Part shown: piece by piece, positions 33,653-45,293 of the stretch
Layout of the letters: every line of letters begins with the position of its first letter
How positions within the stretch are numbered: the first letter of the stretch is position 1
NCBI GenBank assembly: GCA_965112735.1
Contig: OZ218958.1
Span: forward strand, 2,976,001-3,040,000
Source of the DNA: Phaeosaccion multiseriatum
Taxonomy: Eukaryota; Protista; Ochrophyta, other classes
Reading direction: 5' to 3'
DNA: 64,000 nt
The notes under the pieces: model-generated
The model's input: only the letters and a program-made list of their open reading frames with translations
Told to the model about the DNA's origin: nothing
Databases searched by the model: none
Position numbers and translations under genes: made by a program

Positions 33653-35131
33653 ATGGAAGAAAGTCATCAAGAGACCAATGGAGCGGGGGAAAATTTGCCA
33701 GAGCGCACCAGTCTCAGCAGCAGCGGGCCGGCGGCATTGAGGGTGGTTGCTGGTTGTGTTGGTGTTTCAAACAAGGCTCTGTGGGGCGTATGCAAGGTGG
33801 TCGACAAGGAAACCTCACGCGCTTTGGTGATCAACGCCGACATGCCCCAAGCTATCCAGTCGCGTGTGCTGAGTATGCTGAAGCAGCAGCAGCAGCGGGA
33901 GCGCGAGAAGTCTCAACGCCGTGCTGCGGCTTCCTCTCCTCCTCCCGCCTCCATGCGGGGAAGACACTCCCTGGAAGGGCTTCGAAGGTCGGGGAGGATT
34001 AGGGCGAGGCAGCTGGACCATGGTATGGCGGGCTCCTTTCGCGTCAACGCGGTGCGCCTCGGCATCCAACGTCAAGACGCTAACGAGCTGACTCCTGCTG
34101 ATGGGGCTCTTGCTGTCAAAGTGTTGGCACTGTTGCCACTCTTGGTCAAGCGTGTGGGGTTTTCGGAGTTCTTCAATGCGTGCCGCGTTGTTGTACCGAG
34201 GGGCGTGGAGGAGGTGGAGTTTGCACGGGACTCAAGGTTCAACAGGCCAATCGTTCTCCCTTCCTCGCTGAAGAAGGTCACTTTTGGAAAATTCTTCAAT
34301 CGGGCTGATTTGGTGCTGCCAAGCTCTCTGGAGGAGCTGGAGTTTTCAGATGACTCAAGGTTCAACAGGCCTATCGATCTCCCATCCTCCCTGAAGAAGG
34401 TCACTTTTGGCTGGCCCTTCGATCAGGCTGATTTGGGGCTACCAGGCTCTCTGGAGGAGCTCAACTTTTCAGTGGACTCAAATTTCAACCAGCCAATCGC
34501 TCTCCCTTCCTCGCTGAAGAAGGTCACATTTGGCCGGCACTTCAATCAGGCTGGTTTGGAGCTACCAAGCTCTCTGGAGGAGCTGGAGTTTTCACACAAA
34601 TCACAGTTCAAGAGGCCAATCGGTCTCCCTTCCTCACTGAAGAAGGTCACTTTTGGAGAATGGTTCAATCAGGCTGGTTTGGTGCTACCAAGCTCTCTGG
34701 AGGTGCTGATGTTTCCACGGGACTCAGTGTTCAACAGGCCAATCGTTCTCCCTTCCTCGCTGAAGAAGGTCACTTTTGGTAGAGACTTCGATCAGGCTGG
34801 TTTGAAGCTACCAAGCTCTCTGGAGGTGCTGGATTTATGGGACTCAAGGTTTAACAGGCCAATCGCTCTTCCCCCCTCGCTGAAGAAGGTCACTTTTGGA
34901 TCTAGATTCAATCAGCCTGTGGTCCTTCCCAATGGTGTCGAGAAGGTACACATGGGGCGTGACTTTAACCTCCCCCTGGACCTCCCTCCCTCTCTGTGGT
35001 TTCTTTCACTGAGTTATCGGTACTCCTGCCCTCTCTCGAGCCTACCTGCTGGCCTGAGGAGGCTTAGGGTGGGGGTGGGGTTCCCTCTGCCTGCAGTTCT
35101 ACCCGAGGGGCTTGACGTAACCCGACATTAA
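33653..35131 (+). CDS. FNIP-repeat protein copy 5, 492 aa (alternative in-frame ATG at 33602)
   Basis: Intact ORF with 6 units and mostly private variable residues. Confidence 0.9.
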   Translation: MEESHQETNGAGENLPERTSLSSSGPAALRVVAGCVGVSNKALWGVCKVVDKETSRALVINADMPQAIQSRVLSMLKQQQQREREKSQRRAAASSPPPASMRGRHSLEGLRRSGRIRARQLDHGMAGSFRVNAVRLGIQRQDANELTPADGALAVKVLALLPLLVKRVGFSEFFNACRVVVPRGVEEVEFARDSRFNRPIVLPSSLKKVTFGKFFNRADLVLPSSLEELEFSDDSRFNRPIDLPSSLKKVTFGWPFDQADLGLPGSLEELNFSVDSNFNQPIALPSSLKKVTFGRHFNQAGLELPSSLEELEFSHKSQFKRPIGLPSSLKKVTFGEWFNQAGLVLPSSLEVLMFPRDSVFNRPIVLPSSLKKVTFGRDFDQAGLKLPSSLEVLDLWDSRFNRPIALPPSLKKVTFGSRFNQPVVLPNGVEKVHMGRDFNLPLDLPPSLWFLSLSYRYSCPLSSLPAGLRRLRVGVGFPLPAVLPEGLDVTRH

Positions 35132-36279
35132 TTTTATTTAAAAAAAAACAAAAACAATAATGAATAATTATCGTTCAAGCCCATAGAATGTCCCGTGCAG
35201 ATTTCGACAGTGTAGCAACCGCATGGGTCCGCGGGAGCGGAGGCGAAAGTGAGCCCTGCCATCTTACCCCCCCCCCCCCCCACCCCCTCCACTCCTCCCT
35301 TCGGCAGTGGTGCGACAACCCAGTGCCTTCTTGGACTCTCTTCGTCATCCTCACTGCCTGCCTGCTCTCAGTGTGTCTGCAGGCCCAAGCCTCGACTCGC
35401 CCACGCCAAGAGAGAGTCCACGAAGGCTGCCACCGTCTGCCGCTGCCGCCACGTGAGGCGCGCCCTCTCTTCCTTGAGCACAAGGGCAATCTCCACGCTC
35501 GAAGCTTGACGCCGCTGCTGTACCACCAACTGTCGCTGCTGGCGCCGGGGCTGACTGTGCTGGAGGCTGTTTGCCGCAGCGGTGCCCTCAGTGGCAGCAG
35601 ACGGGGCGACGGAGAGGAGCGTCACCAGCAGCAGAATAGGGGCGGCATCGTCCTCGTCTTGCTCGCCGGCCCCGTCCGGGCCTCCCTCAGCCTCGCCATT
35701 GCCCGCACCAGCATCAGGGCCACACGCACCGGCACCATCGGCCCGTCCCGAAGCTGCAGGACCCTCCTCTCTAAGCCGCCACCGCCGCCGTTGTTGTACC
35801 ACCAACTGCTAGTGGTGCTTGAGGCTGCCCAATGTACACACCTGCCACTGTGCCCTTTTCCCAAGCGGGATTGCACGTTGGTGATACAGCAAATGGTGCG
35901 AGCCCACCCTCGACGGTCAGCTCCTCCTCCTCTGACTCTTTGCTCTCTCAGAGGAGCCGCAGCAAACAGTCCTACGGGGCGCTCTCCCTCCAACACCTAC
36001 ACCCATCCACCGAGCCACATACACATGGACGGTGCGCGGCTCCAAAACATCGTGCGACCACACCCCAAACCGAAAGAGGACGAGACTGAGTCAAGTACGC
36101 CTCCCCCACCCCGCCGGGCAGCAGGAGCAGAAGCAGAAGCAGGATCAGGATCAGGATCAGGATCAGGAGCAGGATCAGGAACGGGAGCAAGGCTCGCTCC
36201 GTCAGAGGCTCGCCTTGCATCTAGCGTCCAACGCTGGAAGCGGCACTGGCTGTAACTGTTTTGAAACTGTTCAAGTCCG

Positions 36280-39200
36280 TCACCAGGGGGTGCGAGTCAT
36301 GGACATGGTGGCTTGTCCGGCGTCCACCGCTCCGACGGCGGCCTTCTTGAGACGCAACCCTCGCCCCACAAAGAGAGACCCGGCCACAGACAGGGTGGAG
36401 TCAGCCTGTGACATCACAGGTATTGCACACAAGAGTAAGTCAAGCGTAGAGCCGTAGAGTGTAGCATGATAGCGTTTAGGTTAGAGCCACACACACGTGC
36501 ACACACACACGCGCGCGCGCGCGCGCGCTCGCACATTGGTGTGGTACTCAGTCAGCCAGTCAGTTGGTCAAGTCAGTCAGTCAGTCAGTCAGTCAGTCAG
36601 TGGCTTCAATGGCTGAGTAATTCAGTTGGTGGCTGAGTCAGTCAGTCAGTCAGTCAGTCAGTCAGTCAGTGGCTGAGTAATTCAGTTGGTAGCTGAGTCA
36701 GTCAGTGCGTCATCAGACAGGGAGGTACACATTTGGACCGGTAGATAGGCCAATGGAGGGAGAGAGAGGTGGGGGGGGGGGGGGTGGACTGGCAGGCACA
36801 GAACCACACAAGAGGATGTGTACTGGGGAGGCACTCACATAGGCCTGAGGTGTCCACTTGTTAGCCTTCGTAGCACCACTGCTGGCAGGGTCGATTGCTC
36901 CCTCTGCAAATGGAGAACCGACAGGGGGTGAGGGGGGTGAGGGGGGTGGGTGGGTGTACTTGTCACAAGCAGGTTCAGCTCGGTGCACTTGCACAGAGAA
37001 TGTGAGAGAGAGAGATATAGACAGAAAGACAGACAGAGAGAGAGAGGGAGGGAGAGAGAGAGAGAGGACCAGGCCGGGCCAGGCCAGGCCACCAGATCAA
37101 ACGAGTGGAAAAGAGGAGTCCGTGAGCCTATTTGGCTTGGCCTCTTGGCCCTCCATGCTCTCCTCTCCTCTCCCTCGTGTTTGTTGCTGCTTACCTTGGG
37201 CAGCGTCCCCAGGGGGGAGGTTGGTCTTGTGCCAGAGGGTGGCGTCGTAGGGCATCTCTCCCCTGTTGCGGGGGGTGGGCGAGGGGTTGGGTGAGGTATG
37301 GCCAGGTGTGGAGCAACGACAGAAACCCAGCGCACACGCACACACGCACACACGCACACACGTACACACACAAGCAAGTAGGACCTTCCGTGAAACAAGT
37401 TGTGAAGTCCACACACTACAACCTTCCTCCACTCCCCCCCTCTCTCCCTTCGTCCCTCCCTCCCTCCCTCTCTGGCCCATGTCCCTCTCACTCACCCTCT
37501 TCCGCTGTTGATGAACTGCGTGAGAGGCGACGGCGGGCGATTGCCCCACTCCATCGTCGCGGAGAAAGTCTCTCCAAGCCCCACCGTCTCCGGAGAGTAT
37601 CCGGTCTGTTGCAGCCTCCGCCTCAGGTCCTGACGCACCGGAGGGGAGAGCCGTATTCAGGGAGAGAGAGAGGGAGTGGGCGAGGGGAGGGAGGGAGGGG
37701 GGGAGGGAGGGAGGAAGTGAGGGAGGGAGGGAGAGTGGAACGGAGAGATACAGGGAGGGAGGGAGGGAGGGAGGGAACATCTGTCCTTAGATCTCTGTGA
37801 GAGCGTGAGCGTCCTCCTTACGTTAGCATGCGTGTGTACCTGCATGCTGCCCGACGAGGAGGGGGTGCCCCGGGTGGTGACGAGCTTACCCCTGGCCGTC
37901 TGTGTGTGTGCGTGCGTGTGCTTCGTGTGCCCTCCACGCCGAGAGGCTGCATACACACAGAGCAGGGAAGGGTGGAGGGGGGCGTCAGCGCCACGCGCGC
38001 AAGCCCGTAGGCATTGGGTAAGCCGGCAGGCAAGAAGAGGGCACAATCTTACACCTTGATGTGCTGTAAGAACAGGAGTGTACAGAGCATACACATGCTC
38101 TGATATGCTCTGCGGCTGAAAGTGAGGGCCCTCCCCCCCCTCCTCTAATACACAAGTCTGCCTGGGCAGTATCAGTTTTCATTTCAGTTTCAGAGTCACA
38201 TGATTGGGTACAGTACTCACTTTGCCTGGAGGAGGCGGCGGTGTAGTCAGACTGCATCCGACGGAGCTCTCTGTGAAGTGCCATCTGTGTAACCGCCTCC
38301 TCCGCGATGGTGTCTGGGGAGGGGGAAGAGGGGGAGGAGGGAGGCAGAACCCAAACCGAGACAAAGCGCACACACACACACACATACATATATTCGAGGA
38401 GAGTTGGGGGCAGAAAGGTGAGGTGTAGGGGAATAAAAGGCTTTTAATGCTGACCAGTGGGCAACAACAACGGCTACCCACCACCACCACCACCGCCACC
38501 ACCATTGGTTGCCATCCCACCCCCTCTCTCACCGTCCTTGGCCACGACGTCTCTCTTGAGCTTGAGCACTCCCTCCTTGGTGAGGACCATCTCCTCGTGC
38601 TGCGCATCCATCTCCCCCCTGAGGGCCGCGTTCACCTTCTTCTGCGCCGTCAGCTCCACGTCCTTCAGCTGGGAGTGAATGAGTGAGTGAGTGCGTGTGT
38701 GGGTGCGCGGGTGGGGTGGATGGGTGTGTGCGTGGGTGCGTGCGTGGGTGGGTGGGTGGGTAGGTGGATGTGTTTCGAAAGGCGTATTTCCCCATTTGGT
38801 TGAGTTCATTGTGAGCGAAGGGGCATGACGAGAGGAAGGGGGGGAGGTGACAAGAGAGGATTGCCTGCCTTCGGTGGCATGACACATTTCTATGCGAGCA
38901 TAGGTAAGCTTCCGTCACTACTCAAGTCAACCCGCGTTGAGATGGCGTGCATGGTATGTCTCCATCCATGCCTCTGCTCCTGTGCTGACAGGGGTGGGTG
39001 AGGCCAAAAGGTACACGCAGTCCTCACCCTGAGCTTCGCCTCCATGTCCCGCACACGTGCCTCAGCCTCTAACCACTTGGTCTCTGCAACCTGCACAGTT
39101 TGATTCTAAAGGAAGGGATAAGAGAGGAGGAGTAGGAGGAAGAGGAGAAAGAGGAGGAGGAGGAGGACGTGAAAAGAGCTCAATATGTTCGAGCAGAGGG

Positions 39201-39797
39201 AGGGAGCCAGCAGGACAGAGAGCGCAGCGCATAAGTGTTCGAGTCGTTGGGGACACAAACAATGAGCACATGTGCTCCATGAAACGCCTTGCAATACACC
39301 AAAGCGTGTCATCCCCGCTCGTCCCTTCCCCTCTCACGCCCTCTCTTTCGGTCCTGTTTCTCTCTCACTCACTCACTCACTCACTCAATCACTCTCCGCC
39401 TCCCTCCTTCCCTCCCTCCTTCCCTCCTTCCTTCCCTCCCTCCCTCCCTCCCTCCGTCCGTCCCCTGTCCTGTCCTGCCACCTACCGCCTCCTTGCCCTG
39501 AAGCATGAGTTTGTCCGTCCGATGGAGATCCTGCAGCCGCATGCTCCTCTCCTGCAGCCACCGCTCCTCACTAAGCTTGGCCTTGCCTTCGAGCTTGGTA
39601 CGGTGCTCCAGCAGCCCCCCAAGGTCGTGCTTCAGAGTCGATATCTGTGAGGGCCGGGAGGTCCAGCGGAAGGGAAGGGGGGGGGGGTGAATGAGGGCAA
39701 GGGAGGCCTTACACAGCCAAGCTCCTATCGGCCATCTCTCTCGTAAGGGTTGACGACGGAGGATTCTTCGCACAGACTAACAGATCCAGAGGCATAT

Positions 39798-39835
<38 letters not shown>

Positions 39836-41062
39836 GACAGACAGACAGACAGATAGAGAGGCACATGCGGAGACGGGCAGACAGACAGACAGACACAAAA
39901 CAGATGGGATGGAAAATTGAAGGCATTGGCTAAGCACCCACCTCGTGCTCCATGAGGCGCATGCGCTTCTTCTGCCCCTCCCTGGCCACGTTCTCGATCT
40001 TCGCGGCCTTGTCGTAGCGAGCCACCTTGGCGAGGGCTTGCACATGCTGTGGAGAGAGAGGAGGGGGGGGGGTTGAGGAGAGACAAGTTGAGGACGAGAA
40101 AAGATAAATACGTGGTGCGGAGAGAAAGAGTGAGAGGGGAGGGAGGGAGTGAAAATGGGCGCGGAGAACAAGAGGATGAGAAGTGAGAGAGAGTGTCATG
40201 GTGACCTGCAGAGAGAGTATGAGAGGGGAGTGCAAAGAAGAGTGAAAAGAAGAGTGTAGCACCCTTGTGCGCGAGCAATGGGATGGATGTACGCGTACCC
40301 ACCTCAGATTTCAGTACCGATAGGCTCTCCTCGAGCGCGTCTGCCCTCCGAACACTTTGGCTCAGCTTCGCTCGCACGGCCTCCTGCACCGAGCGGGTTG
40401 AGAGACGGGGAGACGCAGAAGCAAGCACAGAATGGATGGATGGATGGTCGGATAACATCAGAGTGACTGGCCCCTTTCCCATATGGATGATGAAGCTCGT
40501 CCGAATCAGAGTCTGAGGGAGAAAGAGAAAGCGCGCCAGAGCGAGAGGAGCGCGAGGGCCCCCACTCCACCTTGGTGCTTTTCCGTACCGCTTCTTGATC
40601 GAGGTCAGCGTGCCCGCTCTTGTGCACCTTGATGTCGCGCTCCTGAGCTTCGTAATCCTCCTAGAACGAGGAGAGAATGGAGAGGGAAAGACAAGAGAGG
40701 GTTGGGGAGGAGGAGGGAGGGGAGGAGAGGACAATACAAGGTGACCAGCCAAGAGAAGAGAGTAGACTGGATGATGAGGCAGGATGTATAGGGAAGGAGA
40801 AGGGGGGTAGTAGGAACCATCCTGATGTGTCTGCTTTGCCCGTGAACCAAGAAACAAAGCCCAGTCTCCCTGAGCTTCTCCTCCGGCCTTCGGTGCTCGA
40901 GCCATCGCCACTCGCGTCTATGCTATGTATATTGATATCGTATATTTCTCGCGCCCCTCTTTACTAATTACGACCCACCTGCAAGCGCTTGTACTTTGTC
41001 TCCACCTTCTCCAGCTCCTCCAGCCTCTTTCGGAGACGGCCCAGGTCCGCCTTGGTAGCCAT
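36280..41062 (-). CDS. Multi-exon coiled-coil protein, copy 3
   Basis: Exon set matches copy 1. Confidence 0.55.
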
Positions 41063-41270
41063 TCCTGCCGCCTGCCTATTGCAGCCCCATCACAGACGGG
41101 CTCAAGATCGGCTCAATCAAGAAGGGTCACAGTTTCAGGATTCCCAACTGTGATTGGACAACCACACACTCACTCGATGCCAATGCGGGAGGTTTGATCG
41201 TCCGCCGCTGATTCCCTCCATCTCGCTCTCCGAGCACGAGAGGCCATACACATACACTGCTTCTGGCTCA

Positions 41271-42250
41271 TCAGTCCTCGCAGTCGCAGGGGTGCCCATT
41301 GGCATGCACCCACTGCTTGATCTCCTCAAAGACACTGCCCCTGACGTCCCACTGTCCACCTGCGTCCTCATCCTCTCTCCTGATGGCCTCTGGACAGACA
41401 CTCTCGTCCCACGGACAGCCCATCTCTTCAGAGCGGAGCCACTGCAGCATTGCTAGGCTCTTGCCGTATTTAACTGCATACTGGCATACGTCAGGGGTCC
41501 AATCACAAAGCTCACTCGCATTGGCATGCAGCCACCGCAGAGCGTCAAAACGGCCGAAAATGGCAGCCTTCCAAGCTCCTGCCCTCCACCCACTCCCCTC
41601 CTCCGCTCCGTCCAGCTTAGCCCTGACCTTGGGACTGTTCAGCAGCCATGCCAGCACAGAGAGGTGCCCATAATGAATAGCAGAGATCTAATTCCAGTGC
41701 TGAAAGGGCGCATTCACGTCATCCGACAGAAGCCACTCCAGCAGTTGCAAGTCCCCCCTCCGCGCAGCAGCATCGCAGACCCTCCAATCCCACGGGCATT
41801 TCCCCTCCTTAGCGTCAGCCGAGTCCTCTGAGCGCAGCCACTTGAGCACACGCAGGCTGTGCCGCTCGTTTCTCGATGCCGATTCGCACACCTCCTCATC
41901 CCAGGCACAGCCCATGTGATGGAGTGCCTTGCACATGCTCACATCTCCATACTGAGCAGCGGCCCTGAACGTTTCGACTGTAAGCTCGTAGCCGTGCCTC
42001 CTGGCCCAGTACACACGATCGATGGAGGCAACTACACTTGCTTGGCTCGTCGTGGCTGCGTACTCCACCATGTAGTACCCCTCCACTCCTTGCACACCGT
42101 CGCCACGAAAGCGTACTCCCCCTTTCCCACGAGCTCCATCACCTTTGCATACACTTCCTCCATACCAAAGGCGCTTGCACAGGCGCCCGAGCCAGGAAGG
42201 GGAAGTCGATGAGAGGCAGCACGTCCGCCATCTCCACTCTCTCCTCCGAA
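41271..42250 (-). pseudogene. Ankyrin-like repeat protein, subtype B3, truncated
   Basis: TGG>TAG stop at 41688, 1-nt frameshift near 42080, and 5' end removed at a deletion junction near 42255. Confidence 0.85.
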
Positions 42251-42554
42251 GTCCGTACCTCCATCTGAGGGGCGGAAGCGGAGAGGAGGGGGAGAGAGAG
42301 GAGAGGAGAGGAGAAGAGAGGAGAGGAGAGGAGAGCAGAGCGGAGGGGGGTATGAGAGGAGAGGACAGGTAAGAAGAGGATAGGAGAGGATAGGACGGGA
42401 GATGACAGGACGGGAGAGGAGGTGAAACGAGAGAAGAAGAGAGGAGAGGAGGTTAGCGGGGGGGAGGGGACGGCAGAGGATAGGCGAGGACAGGAGTGCA
42501 GCAACAGAGAGCAAACAAGGAGAAAATCGACCATCGATGGCCGTCAAGAGAGAA

Positions 42555-42610
<56 letters not shown>

Positions 42611-42869
42611 ACAGACAGAGAGGCGCACGCACCTTCTTCTCGATCCGCTCGAGTCCCGCGAGCGTCTTGTCCGCACCTGCCTGCGTCGGCCTGATCTCGG
42701 CGCGCACCCGGTTGGGCTTAGTGGCGTCTTCCTGCCACCTGAGAAGGTCAGGGGGGGGAGTGAGGGAGTGAGGAAGTGAGTGAGCTGGCTGCAGCTGGAG
42801 CTGGAGGGAGGGCCAGCATGTTCACGCCCTCCGATCCTACTCAACTCCTTCCAACCCCGCCCCCCCCCA

Positions 42870-42906
<37 letters not shown>

Positions 42907-43590
42907 AAGCTCTGCTCGCTCTCATCCCCCCTCCTTTACCTGCTCGCCCTCCTCCTCATTCTACGCACCGAAGACAAGGGGTGACTGATGATAACTTGGG
43001 CATTGGTCTTCGTTCTGCCCCCTCCGAAGTGTCCACCCCTCCCAGCAGCAGCTGCAGCGTGGGCATCCGCGTAGTGAGCTGCTTCTGCCTCTGCCCCAGC
43101 CTACTGACCTCACCATCCGCCGCTGTGCTCCCACACGCTGCCCAGAGCGCCTCGGAGGCTTCATCTGCAAGCCTGACCCCTGCCCGGCCTGCCTCCCCTG
43201 CACGCCACGGTTGTCGGGGCATCGAGGTCCTTGGACACTTTGGTGTTCCTCAGGCCGAGGTACAAGGCGTGGAGGAAGCGCTGGTCCGACGACCGCACCA
43301 CGTCCAACAGTCGAGGGCGGTTCCGCTCCGCCGCCCTTCGGGGCGTGAAAGGGCCTGTCCATGCTCTCTGTGAGGTGTCCCAGCCGCTCCCGTACACTGA
43401 GTGGTGCCCTCCCGAGCTTTCCGCTGCAGGAGCTCCATGCACGCCTCTCCCCCACAATGAAGGCGCTTTGGCGCTGTGTACGGACATGGAAACACAGCAC
43501 CAACAGCCCCGCATTGATCGTCCGCCGCTGAGTCCCTCCACCTCGCTCTCCGAGCACGAGAGGCCATACACATACACGTCTTCTGGCTCC

Positions 43591-45045
43591 TCAGTTCTCG
43601 CAGTCGCAGGGGTGCCCATTGGCATGCACCCACTGCTTGATCTCCTCAAGGACACTGCCCCTGACGTCCCACTGTTCACCAGCTTCCTCCTCCTCTCTCC
43701 TGATGACCTCTGGACAGACACTCCCATCCCACGGACAGCCCACCTCTTCTGAGCGGAGCCACAACAGCATTTCCAGGCTCTTGCCTCCTTCAAGTGCCGC
43801 TCTGCATACGTCAGGGGTCCAATCACAGAACTCACGCGCGTTGGCATGCAGCCACCGCAGAGCGTCGAAATGGCCGAGAAGGGCAGCAGTCCGAGCTCCC
43901 CTCCTCCAATGGCCGAAAAGGGCAGCCTTCCGAGCTCCCTTCCTCCACCAACTGCCCTCCTCCGCTCCCTCCAGCTCAGCTCTGACTTTGGGATTGTTCA
44001 GCAGCCATGCCAGCGCAGAGATGTGCCCATAATAAATAGCACAGAGCCACACATACTCATCAAAGGGGGCGTTCACGTCATCCGACAGAAGCCACTCCAG
44101 CAGTTGCAAGTCCCCCCTCCCCGCAGCAACATTGCAGACCTCCACATTCCACGGGCATTTCCCCTCCTTGGTGTCAGCCGAGTCCTCTGAGCGCAGCCAC
44201 TTGAGCACATGCAGGCTGTGCCGCTCGTTTCTCGATGCCCCTTCGCACACCTCCTCATCCCAGGGACAGCCCATGTGATGAAGGGCCTTGCACATGCTCA
44301 CATCTCCATACTGAGCAGCGGCCCTGAACGTTTCGACTGTAAGCTCGTAGCCGTGCCTCCTAGCCCAGTACACACGATCGATGGAGGCAACTACACTCTT
44401 TTGGCTTGTCTTGGCTGCGTGTTCCAGGATGTAGTACCCTCTCCACTCCTTGCACACCGTCGCCACGAAAGCGTACTCCCCCTTTCCCACGAGCTCCATC
44501 ACCTTTGCATACACTTCCTCCATACCAAAGGCGCTCGCACAGGCGGCCGAGCCAGGAAGGGGAAGTCGATGAGATGTAGCACGTCCAATGGTTCCACTCT
44601 CTCCGCCGGAGGTCGAACGTCGCCGCTTGCTTCCCCCCCTCCTCTCTCTCCCTGCCTTCCCGTCCTCTACCTCAGCGTCCGGATTGTGGGGGCCGCGGCT
44701 TCTGGGCGCTGCTGAGGGTTGTACTTCAAGGCGGAGGAGGATCAGTTCCTTCTCTCTCTCCAGCGCCCTCTCTTTTCTCTTCTCGTCTAATAACTTTGCC
44801 TCCTTCTCCATCTCGCGTAACTTCTCGTCCCTCTCGTGAACCTCCATTCTCATTTGCTTCTTCTCCTCTCTCAAAGCTTGGAGGTGCATCAACAGCTCCT
44901 TCCTCACCCCCTCCCTCTCACCATCCGCTGTTGACGTTGCTCCTCCCAAGCTCAGCCCCAGGTAGCTGCCCTGCGCGCTCAACGCCTGCTCCACTGCCTC
45001 CTCCTTCCTGCTCACTGCTGCGATACTCGCACGTATGTCCTCCAT
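43591..45045 (-). CDS. Ankyrin-like repeat protein, subtype A3, 484 aa
   Basis: Intact ORF. Its N-terminal GLSLGGATSTA is shared with B2. Confidence 0.85.
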   Translation of the reverse strand: MEDIRASIAAVSRKEEAVEQALSAQGSYLGLSLGGATSTADGEREGVRKELLMHLQALREEKKQMRMEVHERDEKLREMEKEAKLLDEKRKERALEREKELILLRLEVQPSAAPRSRGPHNPDAEVEDGKAGRERRGGSKRRRSTSGGESGTIGRATSHRLPLPGSAACASAFGMEEVYAKVMELVGKGEYAFVATVCKEWRGYYILEHAAKTSQKSVVASIDRVYWARRHGYELTVETFRAAAQYGDVSMCKALHHMGCPWDEEVCEGASRNERHSLHVLKWLRSEDSADTKEGKCPWNVEVCNVAAGRGDLQLLEWLLSDDVNAPFDEYVWLCAIYYGHISALAWLLNNPKVRAELEGAEEGSWWRKGARKAALFGHWRRGARTAALLGHFDALRWLHANAREFCDWTPDVCRAALEGGKSLEMLLWLRSEEVGCPWDGSVCPEVIRREEEEAGEQWDVRGSVLEEIKQWVHANGHPCDCEN

Positions 45046-45293
45046 GATGGAATCGTAAGACAAAAAGGCCGATTGTTTGGTTGCCCCCCCCTCTTGCTTC
45101 CAGCCCTCGGAGCTGTGAGCCCTCTACGAACCTAGCACCAACACGTCAAGTCAAATCAGAAATTTCGAAATTTCCCGATTCCCGATCAGTCGGTCTACAC
45201 AGTGAAGTATCGCAGAGACGCTGGAAAGGGGGAAGGAGAGAGAGAGTACATTGAAGGGCCGAAGGAAGGGAAGAAGGGGGGGGGGGGAATGTG

